From positions 1-64,000 of the forward strand of contig JAHLTZ010000054.1 of NCBI GenBank assembly GCA_025786725.1: DNA of 64,000 nt, given 5' to 3'. Within the stretch, counting starts at the first letter, position 1, and each line of letters starts with the position of its first letter. Positions 1 through 12,628 of the stretch are shown here, one piece after another. The notes beneath the pieces were generated by a model that had not been told where the DNA came from, ran no database searches, and worked only from the letters and a program-made list of their open reading frames with translations. This DNA comes from Syncephalis fuscata S228. Taxonomy: Eukaryota > Fungi > Zoopagomycota. The position numbers were made by a program, and so were the translations under genes.

Positions 1-160
1 GCAAGTCCAGCTTGAACTCCAAACCAATTTCAAGAGAAATTGGTCTTCGTTTTGACCAAACGACGGGCTGCGATTGCGAACTAAAGGCGTATTAGGCAAG
101 TAAGGTTCTTCATATTGCGCTTTCGGCGAATAGAGCCGCCGCCATCATAAGAGTAGCCAT
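1..160 (-). CDS. 5' fragment of a Ste7/Fuz7-type MAP kinase kinase paralogue (runs off the window; frameshifted as given)
   Basis: Minus strand reads ATG(160)...IRRKRNMKNL / LPNTPL / LEIGLEFKLDL across three single-base frame changes. This matches [13 protein letters not shown]...[11 protein letters not shown] of the MAPKK at 41011. Confidence 0.75.
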
Positions 161-267
161 GATGCGAATGAAACTTAGACAAAGAAAGAGCAAGATGAAG
201 GCCAAAGTAATAAAATAAGTGGGCTATCCACGTAAGTTTTTACTTCAAAAATTACTTGATAACGGCA

Positions 268-283
268 GTAGTAGTAGTAGTAA

Positions 284-319
<36 letters not shown>

Positions 320-320
320 C
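268..320. repeat. (AGT)n microsatellite
   Basis: Near-perfect agt tandem run. Confidence 0.95.
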
Positions 321-1559
321 AGAGGAGAAGAAGACTAAGGACGAAGAAGAGGCGGAAGGAGAGTATTAGGAAGAGTGTGACAGTGGTAAAAAACGACCAA
401 GTTTAAAAGAAAAGTCAGAAACGATGATATTGCCAGCATTGGTGGGAATGAGCGTCAAGTCCTTCTGGCCCTGAAACGACCAATGTTGTGACGATAATGT
501 AATAGCTGAGCTATTACAACGAACTTGGAAGTTTCGGCCTTTTAATAATAGCGTTAATAATAATAACGATAATACCTGTAGTATTATTAATAACTATAAC
601 AAGAATAAAGTAACAACAATAGCAACAACAATAAAAATAACAACAATAGAACTAGTATTGATAATAACAAGTAACAGTTATATTAGTGCAAATGCTATAA
701 TTAATACAAATTACAGGCGCACCACACACACAAAGAGAAAGATGTGCACGCGTAAAGACCACATGTTCGCACATTTTAGTAATGTCTTCTATGATGGATA
801 TGGACATGCACACGATTCTAAAAGTAGAGAGGATCAAAAATGGTAGAGCCTTAGTTAACTAGTTCTATTGCTGTGAAAAAGGTTCGATGAACTGAGCCAA
901 GGAAGCGTTGATAATAGCAACGCTTGATAGACTGGTTTGAATAAGCAAGGTGCTAGCAACAAATGGCTGTTTTTTAACATTGCTGCCATTTAGTATAAGG
1001 CTGCCAAGGCGACTTGTAGTTTATTCGTGCCAAAAGTGGAATGAGTATTGCATGGACATACCGTGCAGGTGCATATGAATGAGTGAACAATAAGACTATG
1101 ATAGTTATGGATATACATTGTTTGAATATTAAACAATAAGTTTAGTTAACGTATCTTTATATATACCAGTAATTGAATTGTGCTTTGACTTTTACATTTT
1201 GAGTTATTAAAATAAAATTCACTTTAATAAAAGTCATGCGGCTATGCACAACATAGTTATATTAGTTTCTATTAAAATATTGTTAATAAATTGGTTTAAA
1301 TAAACAATGTAACATACTATTTGATTTTATTGAAACATTTGAGGTTGATTATTGTTGTTGGCTATGTGTAGAAAGATTGATTAAATATTAATAGAAGCCA
1401 TATAATTGCAACTCCATGTCATTCCGCATTTGCTGTTATTGCATCTATATACAACATGGATTTTTATGTCTAAATGGTCTCTTCTATTTTTTAATATTCT
1501 AGTATTGCATTTTGGGCATATTGTGCTGTAAGATCAATATTAATATAGTTATTATAAGT

Positions 1560-1625
1560 ATTGTTTATTAAACAGCCACTTTCCCTATAGTCAATCTGAC
1601 TAAATAAATGGCATTTTGAACAATT
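1560..1625 (+). repeat. Decayed fragment of the dispersed foldback repeat family
   Basis: gtttattaaaca...atagtcaatctgactaaataaatg...ttgaaca resembles 20641-20710 and the reverse complement of 14940-14960. Confidence 0.45.
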
Positions 1626-1987
1626 AATATCATAATGACAATATATATATTAAATAATAATAAAGATAACTAATTAATTACACAATTATACTGATAATTA
1701 AGCATAAATTAATTAATGTTAAATGCAATATTATACATGTTATAGTAATGAATAAGTATTTAATTATGTCTAAAGTGTTGAGGTGTGAAATGGATAAATA
1801 AAAGATGTGGAAGTAAATAGCCCCATACCAGTAATTGACACTGCATAATCCGTATTGTTGGTATGTAAAATCATTTCTTTATTTTGACCATGTGCATGAA
1901 TGTTGATACATGGCAACAAAGCTGTGAATCACAATAAAATGTAAGTTTTAACCTGCCAAAGCATTAACTCCGCTTATCATTTATCAA

Positions 1988-3075
1988 TTAACCGAAATGA
2001 GTCTCGCTATTCTTTGTGACAATAGGAATAAGGCTGCCACTAACGACGGATTCTTGATTGGCTGCCCAAGCGAACAGTTTTCTATAACAAATAGGTAGTT
2101 AGCTATGGTATTTTTCACTGTTTTACTATATTTACTGGTTGATGGCACTTAAGGGTGTCCATGCTGTGAAATCGGCATTGGGCATGGCAGCACGATTGGC
2201 CGGTGTATCTAGAGTCACACTAATAATACATAAAATGATAATTAAATAACACGTTTTTTAATACTGATGGTGACTTACGGTAGTATGGCTACGACACGGG
2301 TACCAGAGGGTAAACCGCTGCTAGCATCCGCAAAACTGGCTGTCAATTGGTGAACAGCTGCCTTAGCCGCGCCATAGCCCACCATAACTATACACCATTG
2401 TAATATAATAAGCAATTGCTAGACATATATTAATCTAATGATGTACTTACAGCCGGTTCCTTCCTTGGCAGCTAATGCTCCAGTCAATACCAATAGGCCA
2501 TCTCTATTTAATATTCATTAATAGTTTGTCTAGAGCAGAAAGAAGTGTAATGAGAAAGAGAGAGAATAGGCCAACTTACGGTTTCAAAAATTGGCTTGCA
2601 ATGTAGCCCGCAATCAAAGAAGAGTTGACACTTTGTTTCCACATCAATTCGGCATTGGTTAGTGATTCTATACGACGAAGAACAGGACCATTAGTAATAG
2701 AAGGGCCAACTATGTACTTTGCCATAGGCGAGCTAATAAGTACTACCTACCCAATGTTGCGATATTGCCACCTGCCCATCCACCTGCCACACAGAGTAGT
2801 GCATCAAGGCGTGTATCGGCCAATACTGCCGCGAGCTTTGCCGTTAATTGCTCTCCTTGTTGAGAGACCGATGCATCAAGTTCAGCTAGGACATTGATTT
2901 TTGCCTCGGCACTATTGCGTACATCTACCGATACCGTTGTCTAGTCATAGAATGCTATATAAGCAAAGCTTTATAATAAACGATTGTTACTTACCCAACC
3001 TTGTTCGTTAAAGTGCTTAATAATAGACACACCAAGAGCGCCGGCACCACCATAGACTAGTACAGTTGAAGGCAT
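1988..3075 (-). CDS. QDPR: Dihydropteridine reductase (SDR family), multi-exon
   Basis: Spliced translation MPSTVLVYGGAGALG...CVAGGWAGG...MWKQSV...YGAAKAAVHQL...LPVTLDTPANRAAMPNADF..WTP, the signature motifs of DHPR. Confidence 0.93.
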
Positions 3076-4118
3076 TGTGCAAGAACACTAGTAATAGCTT
3101 AAATGTAGCAGTAATAGCAACAGTAAAGAAAGAACGTGGGAAGCAAGCAATCAGACAGGTACACTACTCGTTACGTCACCTAAGCTTGTTACTAGATTGA
3201 TAGTTTCAAATTCAATAGTTTTTAATCAAGAAGCTACCATACTTTGACTCTCTAGCTTCAAACTGGGACAAAAAATCCATAACTTGAACAATAAATCGTT
3301 AGTCAGTTTTTACTACTGAAAAGTGGTATTTGTTGAAGCAGTGTCATATCAACTTCGATTGAATTAATCGGAGTTGAATTAATCAGTACTACTTTCAATA
3401 TCGAAATGGATATGAAATAGTATTTTCATGTCACTTACAATGAAATGTTACATTTGATTACGATATTGATGCAACAGCAGAATATTGGAAAATAAAAGAG
3501 GCCATTTAGACGCAAGAAAACCACACTGTACGTAGTAAAAACAATAACAACAGTGGAACAATATGGAAGCATAATCATATGGCTTTTATTAATATTTAAT
3601 CAATCTTTCTACGCATGGTCAACAACAACAATAATTGGCCTTGTGGATTGCATAGTCAAATGAGCATTATAACTATGTTTGCTGTGCATAACAGTACAAA
3701 TTGAATTGAAACAAAATTTGCTTTGAAGGCTCCAAATGTGGGAGTCAAAGTACAACTTAACCATAATAAAATCTAGATTACGTAAATGTTAATAATAATA
3801 ATAAGTAGATCGATCGTTAGTAAATTCTTTGTAAATCAGTGTGTTCATGTATAGTATTTATTATTAATGTGTTCTAATACTACTTATTAATTGGCTAATA
3901 AAAATAGTGAAATTCAATTATTAAACTGATGGGAATGATGATGGTGGATATCAATTTGCAGTCACATCAAGATCTGTATTAGTTTGATCATCATTTGATA
4001 GCAAATAAAAGGAGCGTATTTGATATGGGATGGACCGGGGCAGTTGGCCACGTCTTTCTGCTATCCCACGGCTGTTATAGCGTATATTTACTGGTTTTTC
4101 TATTGACAGACTACTACT

Positions 4119-6585
4119 ATGTCGTATGCTTCAATTGCACGTGGTGGCCGTATAGCCAGTACACGGTTGGCAACTTCGACCGGTAATGTTCATATGTAAG
4201 TATAGTGTCTATCGTCTAGTTATTAGCAGTAGCCAATACTGATGATATCAATGCCTATCACATTCGCTACCAGTTGGCCTCGCCAGTCGGTGCGTCATCA
4301 GTCCAATGGAAGTGCAAGTAATTCTGGAAAAGCGATACTTAATCGATATAGCGCGCGTATTACGCAACCAAAGTCGCAGGGTGCCTCTCAGGCTATGTGT
4401 AAGCTATAATAAATACCATTAATATTGATACTTATTATTATAATTATAGTATATGCCACCGGTCTAAAGGAAAATGATATGGCCAAGGCACAAGTGGGCA
4501 TTTCAAGCGTGTAAGTATAAGTGTTGTAATAAATTGTTATAATAATAGTATTTTCTAGCTGGTATGAAGGCAATCCGTGTAATATGCACTTGAATGAATT
4601 GGCCGCAAAGGTTAAAGAAGGTGTTGAACAGGCCGGCCTAGTAGGCTATCGTTTTAACACGATTGGTGTTAGTGACGGTATTAGTATGGGCACAACTGGT
4701 ATGCGCTATTCACTACAGTCACGCGAGATTATTGCCGACTCTATAGAGACGGTAGGTGGCCTATATTTACTTTATAGATAATCAGCCAACTAAAAGACTA
4801 TTGATTAGGTGATGGGTGCCCAGTGGTATGATGCCAATATTTCATTGCCAGGTAAATAGTCAAATATGGGTATTTTATGTTATATATCTAATGATTTACG
4901 TAATTAGGCTGTGACAAGAACATGCCTGGTTGTATTATTGCTATGGGCCGTATTAATCGACCATCATTGATGATTTATGGTGGCACGATTAAACCGGGCC
5001 ATTCTGCTTGCACTAACCAGCCACTGGATGTTGTGTCTGTGTTTCAATGTTATGGTGAATACATCTCTGGTAAAATAACCGAAGAAGAACGCCAAGACAT
5101 TGTTCGACATGCCTGTCCAGGTGCAGGTGCCTGTGGTGGCATGTATACCGCCAATACGAGTACGTATTAACACTTAACATTTAATGCTGTTATAATAACA
5201 ATAATACTAATGTATTATCCCAATCTATTAATCTGGACAGTGGCTAGTGCTATTGAAGCGATGGGTTTAACCTTGCCGTATAGTTCATCTATACCGGCTG
5301 AAGATCCACTTAAACTAGCAGAATGCGTAAAGGCTGGCGAGGCCATTAAACACTTACTTGAACTGGACTTGAAGCCACGCGATATTATTACACGAGAATC
5401 GTTTGAAAATGCTATGGTGTTAACCATTGCTTTAGGAGGTTTGTTTTCTGTTATAGTTATCATATTAGTCAGTCAATAACCGTATACTATCAGGTTCTAC
5501 CAATGCTGTACTCCATTTGATTGCCATTGCACGTGCATTTGGCATTAAATTGACATTGGATGATTTCCAAGCCGTGAGTGATCGTGTTCCATTTATTGCT
5601 GATTTGAAGCCAAGGTATAGTGACCATCAATAGTAGCAATCAAAACAATCTAATCTATTATTTATTATAGTGGTAAATATGTTATGGAAGATGTGCACAA
5701 TATTGGTGGTACTCCAGGTAAGACCATTGACTATTATATTATTATATTACCAACATATTGATCCATTAATTATGATTAGCGGTATTGAAACATTTACTTG
5801 CTGAAGGATTGATCAACGGCGGATGTATGACCGTAACTGGCCGTACACTAGCCGAGAATCTACGCAATCTGCCTTCATTGTCCAATGACCAGCCTATTCT
5901 CCGACCATTATCGGATCCTATCAAGCCTACCGGACATTTACAAATACTCCGAGGCAATCTTGCTCCCGAAGGATCTGTGGCCAAGATTACCGGCAAAGAA
6001 GGATTACACTTTGAAGGAGAAGCACGGGTATTTGATCGTGAAGAAGCTATGTTAATTGCTTTAGAACGAGGTGAAATTGGTAAAGGACATGTGGTCGTTA
6101 TTCGATATGAAGGTCCACAAGGTGGTCCAGGCATGCCAGAAATGTGTAAGCCACTATTTTTATAGCTATAGTAATGAACTAATAGGCCAATTATGTATAT
6201 AGTAACACCAACCAGTGCCATTATGGGTGCCGGTCTTGGTAAAGACGTGGCTCTACTTACTGATGGTCGCTTCTCTGGTGGAAGCCATGTAAGTAGCTGC
6301 CGATAATTAGTATTTGTATTAATCTGCATTGATATCCAGGGATTTATTATTGGTCATATTACACCAGAAGCGCAAGTGGGTGGTCCAATCGCCCTTCTAA
6401 AGAACGGTGACCGTGTTGTTATTGATGCAAACACACGTGAAATTACCATGAAGGTCTCAGATGAAGAGTTGGCCCGTCGACGTGCTAAGTGGCAAGCACC
6501 GCCTTTGAAGGCCACCAGTGGCACTTTGTACAAATTCATCAAAAATGTCTCATCTGCAACCGACGGATGTGTAACTGATGCATAA
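4119..6585 (+). CDS. ILV3: Dihydroxy-acid dehydratase, mitochondrial
   Basis: [68 protein letters not shown]; N-terminal Arg-rich presequence; many GT-AG introns. Confidence 0.98.
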
Positions 6586-7527
6586 TTGGCCATAGTTGTC
6601 ACTGTCGTCGTCATTAGTATTAGTAATAATGCCACTACTACTACTAATAATATACTATGACTGGAGTAGTTGATGGGTGTTTATTCTTTATCAAAGGATT
6701 GTTTGTACAGAGTGTTACCCATGTAACTCAAGTAAATCCATTCAAATAGGCCTGTGTCCATTTCTGAACAAATGAAAAGTATTTACAACTATTTTAGTAG
6801 AACGTGTGTGCATGTGTGAGTGTGAGTGTGTGGATGTGGATGTGTATGGATTGTAGTGTGAAAGAGTAATAACCAGACTTTTATGCATGCAGTAAAAAGT
6901 CGTGTGTGTAACAACAAGATTACCAATAATATCGAAGTGTCAATCCCGCCTTTCCTTTTTACTTTCTTATCAAGTTAGAACGCGTGTTGTTAGAGTGGAA
7001 TTGACTTTTTTGAACTGATTGATATTCCGATAATAAGTAGATACAAATGGAATAAAATGCTATTGGTAGTAAATAGTGGTTATTAAACTGGATAGTAATA
7101 ATAGAAATATAGTATTAATATACTAATATATTGATATACTAATAGTTGCTAAATAGTAGTATAAATACAGGTTTATTATTAACAATTCAAGGTGATTTAT
7201 ATATTTATAAGAAATAGGCACCATTAATGGAGTAGAATAAAAGTATATATAAATAGGCATCAATAGACAAAGCATCACAAATTTTCCTATTATTATTACA
7301 ACACACACACACACACTTTACTCATACGTTCACTCTCACACACGCACCCATCATTGAATCTTTATTCGGCTAGTTTCTATCGTTGTTTGTTACCAATTAT
7401 TTTCGTATTCTAGTGTTGAGTGGTGTAAAAAGTGCTTGAAATACGTTTTCTGTTATTCGAGTATGCAATTGCTTTGTTAAGACTCATCAGCTGATTATTC
7501 GTTATTTTACCGGCTGTATTGACACAG

Positions 7528-7924
7528 GTAAGTTGTATTTAGAGAAGCGCTGGATCTTGCGTATTTTATAATGCTGGTTTCTTGGCGTTACAAAATACAG
7601 CAAACAGCCATCAATCTATACGTGTTTGCGTGTATGTAGAATAGGCGAGTGAGTGAGTACAAGTTACAAGTTATGCTTTAACTTGTGCATATACTCGATA
7701 TATGCATCTATTTTTATTATGCATCATTTGAGCTATATCGTTATGCATATATGCTACTCGTGTTTTTTCTGCATATAATGGCTATATTATTCGTTTGATA
7801 TAACAGCATTATGCGTTATTATTGCCTTGATAGGCACAAATGGATATACACGCGTGTATCTTGCCTATTCTGTTATACTAACCGGCCATCTATGCTATCT
7901 ATTTGAATTTTTTATTGTATTTAG
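7528..7924 (+). other. Probable 5'-UTR intron of the TFIIB-like gene
   Basis: cag|gtaagt donor at 7528, tactaac branch site ~7876, tttag acceptor ~7924, about 60 nt before ATG 7984. Confidence 0.5.
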
Positions 7925-7983
7925 CCACGATTGTTATCTTCCATAACTTGATATCATCCGAATTACGGTGATTGTTTGCTGTA

Positions 7984-10900
7984 ATGAATGGGCGTGACCG
8001 TCAGATGTCGGGTGCATCTACGCTACCCGATGACCGTGGTGGTGGATCCTATGCTAACTATCCAACACCATCTTCTATGACACCATATGCCAATGGTGGA
8101 GGAGATGCTTTAGCCGAACAAGTAAGTTAAATATATAGCTATAATAGAATGATTAATAACCTATTATGAATAGGAGGCACATCGATATTATCAACAACAA
8201 CAACATCGATCTATGCATACATCGTCTCATACTACTTCACATCGACACGGTTATACATCTCAATCTGATTTGGAAGCATCTGCTTTACATTATCATCACC
8301 ACCAACAACAACAACAGCAGCAGCAACAGCAACAACAACAGTCGCACCATCACCACCATCAACAACAACAACAACAACAGGCAGCATCATATCATCAGCG
8401 TCCCTCGCATGGCTATCATACTTCGTCTTCATCTGGACATTCAGCCAATTATATGCAAAAGCCTTCAAGCTCACATAGTACGGCACATCAATATCCATAT
8501 CACCACAATTTGCATACAATGCACCATGGCTCTTCACTATCACCGGTACAGCCACCACGATCTGCTTATGCGTATACCGGCCATTCGTCTACGCATCATC
8601 CACACCAACCACAACAAACAGCTCAAACACCAGTGCAACATTATCGTGAGCCTGTAACACCGGTACAACAACACTTTCAATCTAAATATGCCGATAAACC
8701 AAATCATAATGACGCAGCTGATGCAATGAATGCCTATAGACATACACATCATGCCTATCATCCACACGACCGCCGTGGATCTATATCGCACTCGCATGCT
8801 CATATGACACATCCAACATCAAGCCCTGCTTACCATTCGGTTGCACGTCAAAGTGAATCCGCAGCCACGATGCATCATCGACAACAAGGCCTACCGAGTA
8901 GTGGCAGTACAGCAAGTAGACATATGATGGATCCACGCTACACATCACATAACTACATGGGCACTTCATCTGGCCGATCTGATTCTAGAGTAAGTTAATT
9001 AGAATAATTTATTGTATTTATAACAATATTAATGAATGATATAGTTGCACTATTCAGCCGATCATCGAGAATCGCACGTTAATAGTAGTGGCATGCCTAG
9101 TAGTCATGATCCAAATATGGCTTATACTGCTAGTTCAGCACATACAACCGGATCACACGTACATTCTAGTGGTGGTGGTGGTGGTGTACGTGAAGTATGG
9201 GAACGAGGTGACAGAAGAGCCCATAATGTACCAAATGATTGGATGGAGTCTAATCGACCTGGAACAAGTTATCATGATATACATGATGAACGAGCATATC
9301 GTCAAGTGCCACCAACATCTACAAAATCATCGGTAGTAACAGCAGCAGCAGCACCACCAAATACTACTACACCCACGATAGCCAGTGGACGTCATCGTGC
9401 TTCATCCATTTTATCAAATAAAATGATATCTACACGACAAGAACAGCATCCACATCATCAACACCACCAGCAGCATCATTCACAACAACAGCAACAACAG
9501 CCATCGTCACAGCAACAGCAACAGCATCAGCATCATCCATTGGCGCCATCAACACCAGCATCTGGATATTCATCGCATACACCCAATCATACATTACCAA
9601 GTCATGCTAAATCGTCACAAATAAGTCAACAGTCAGAATTGCGTCCTCGTTCAGCATCAACTAGTATTTATCCTACCAATGGAGATATGTTGCCTGGACC
9701 AAATGAATTAAAACGAAAAGTGGAACAGCCGCGTACAAGTTCTAGTATTGCACCTACACCGCCATTATCAAAACAAATGGCTACTTCAGAAGTGACAAAG
9801 CACGATACTATGCATAGCGCCAACACTGGCATAGAACGTACTCATGCTTATACGGCAGATACACATAGAGCGAGTCAGCATCAACATGTGCCAACAAGCC
9901 ATAGTCAAACGGAACAGCAGTGGAGAGATGCGCGATATTTACAGACTCAAGCTGCTTATCGACATATTGGACGACGTGCATCGAAAGATATGCTAGAACC
10001 CGACACGAATACACCTATGGAAATGACGCCATCTTCCCGAAAACTGTATGATAATTCGTCTTCGGCCAATGCTTCATCTGCACATAGCTCTTTATATTAT
10101 AATCGTGAAGATATAATGCATAATACACTGCCTCGTCGACGTCGTAGAAGTTCTGTTTATGCCATGGGCGACAAGCCATTAATACCACCATATTCAAGTA
10201 CAAAACCGGCCCCACTTGGCAATGACCATAGTGAGCATTTACCGCCAAAAGGACTGACTGAAAATGATGCAGCCAACATTCTATGTAGTCTTCATCATGT
10301 GCAGCCCTCAGCGGCCGAATTAGACACTGAAGCAGTCGATTCACCAGCAAATTTAATTAACATAGCTCGTGAAAAGGCCGCCAACGAACTAATCCACGTA
10401 GAATTGGATCCAGTTGTTGCAGCATGGGCAGCGGGTAAACGTGCAACATTACTTGCTTCATGTGAACCGGTCATGTCACCCTATGGACCACAACATATAG
10501 TATCGGAACCCGAGCTAGCCGAAGAGGAGGAAGAGGAAGAAGAAGAGGAAGAAGAGGACGTAAAAACTAATACAAAAGTGCCACTTTCACGATCCAGTAC
10601 ATTAAATTCAGATCGACAAGATGACGATAATGATCATAATGGTGGTGGTAATAATGGTGGTGCAGCTATTTCATCGCATTCATCTGCCGATTCGTATTCG
10701 ACCGCCAACGATACAGGTAAAGAACCAAATGGACGTGACCATACAAGTTCGGGCAACGACAAACAGCACACATATACGTCGAATAGGTATAACAATACTG
10801 CATCTACATCAAATGGCCATCAATACAATACAACAGAAAGAAGTACACAAAAACGACGAGCCTCTGAGGCTGGTTTAAAAGAAGGAGACAATGAGGATGG

Positions 10901-12406
10901 CACCATGTCAACCAAGCGTATTCTACTGCCAGAATCGACAGCTACCACATTAGCACCACCAATAATGATTGATATCAGCGATTCAGAAGAGACGAGCGAG
11001 CATAAGAAACCGCTTTCAACACTGCCTACGATGTCAGTGGCGGTAACATGTAATCAAACATCGCCCACTTCTACTTTAAATTCTGTCACTAGTGAAATGA
11101 ATGGTAAACATTTACCGGATATTGAATTACGCGCCACCACACCATCGACTGAATCGGATGAAAATGGCATAGAAGAACTATCGGATACATCAAAACATAA
11201 CGGTATAAGGACGTCTAATGGCGAGGACAGTCAGCAAAATACAGCATCACGTCGACTTCAAGCAACACGTATGAATGGTGATAAAACAAATGCCACATTA
11301 GGATCAAATGGCACACGCAGTTCTGTATGTCGACGACCCAATGTGTCACGTACCGACGATAACGGAAATAACTACAGTTTAATTGACTGGTCAGCATTAG
11401 AATTGCCAGAAATGATTAAAGTAAGTCATAATGATATAATAAATAGAGGTGTACTAATGATGATTAGACACAAGCCTACCAATTACTACGTGATGTATTA
11501 GCGACAAAGGATCTACAGCGCGTACGACCAACAACGCGACGACGAGAAGCGCTACTTATGGCCATTACACTTATTCTATGTCGACAGTCTAATATTCCTC
11601 GAACATTTGCCGAACTAAGCAAAGCGTCACAAGTACCAAAACGTGATATTGGTGCCTGTTACAAATGGCTTTGTTGTACACTTAATCCCGATATGGTCGT
11701 TGTTCGTCATATAGAACCTGATGAATTTATGGTAAGCTGATTTAATAAATAACGATATAACAACAACAACAACAATAATAATAATGAATAGAAACGATGG
11801 TGTAATACATTGCAGATTGAACCATTTATTCTACCTGCAGCTGTTTTCTGTTATCGGGCCACTGATCGATTGGGTGTCTTTTCAGGCAAATGTCCTACAA
11901 GTGTAGCAGCCGCGAGTATATGGTTTGTTATCTGGTCGATTAATCACGCGGCCACTATTCTTGAAGAGGTTAAACGGGGCAGTGATTTTGGCAAGATGCG
12001 TTGCTCATCTTCGGCAATTGTTTTTAATCATTTACATATACGTGACCATAAGCCACGCATTTTGTGTGATCAAAAAACAGTAGCCTCGGTGGCTGGTGTC
12101 GTTATTGCTACACTGATGAGCACGTATAAAGGAATGGTACCTTACGTACGGGCGTTGTCACCACCAGGCTTTTTAGAAGCCATTGTGGCGGATGATGTAC
12201 GTGTACTGCCTGACGACTCTACTGGATTTGGTAGATTGTATGTACTTGGTCAGGCAGTTGAAATGCTACCTAATGTATCGGAAAAGCGAGTTTTCAGCGA
12301 CATTATAGCCAATGCTAAAGATGATGAAGAGATCGATGATGACGAGGAAGTCGATGAGCCTGTTGTTATTAACGAGGAAATACTACAAACTGCCAAGGTT
12401 GAATAA
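7984..12406 (+). CDS. TFIIB-related protein: ~1,100-aa His/Gln/Ser-rich disordered N-terminus plus C-terminal tandem TFIIB cyclin folds
   Basis: Exons ~7984-8120, 8174-8989, 9045-11420, 11468-11731, 11791-12406. C-terminus LCRQSNIPRTFAELSKASQVPKRDIGACYK...FM/KRWCNTL...GKCPTSVAAASIW...QKTVASVAGV aligns with TFIIB core motifs (CRQ..VPRTFKEI, GRSPISVAAAAIY, QKEI..IAGV). Confidence 0.85.
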
Positions 12407-12628
12407 ATAGTCAGTAATGGTCGTAGTAGTACTGGTGTTAATAGCAATAACAATGATAGTAATCATACTTGGGACATAACATATATATGAATATATGTGA
12501 ATATATACAATTGTGTTTTTGTATTTTTCATTAAAAGCAGTTTAAATAAATTATACTTAAAATATTACAAATGGCCAACATTAATGGATAATAATGTCTG
12601 CAATACTACAAATTGTTTACTATTATTA

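Noticed and set aside
881-890. GGTTCGA resembling a tRNA T-loop/B-box
   Set aside because: No cloverleaf or acceptor stem around it; no tRNA was found anywhere in the window.
1988-6585. QDPR-ILV3 as a metabolic gene cluster
   Set aside because: The pathways are unrelated; a divergent arrangement is common in this compact genome.
5766-6635. Antisense ORFs over ILV3
   Set aside because: Mirror frames of a conserved CDS with no independent motifs.
8166-8657. 163-aa Asn/Ile-rich ORF and other overlapping ORFs in the TFIIB-like gene
   Set aside because: Alternative-frame shadows of CAA/CAT repeat codons of the real His/Gln-rich exon.
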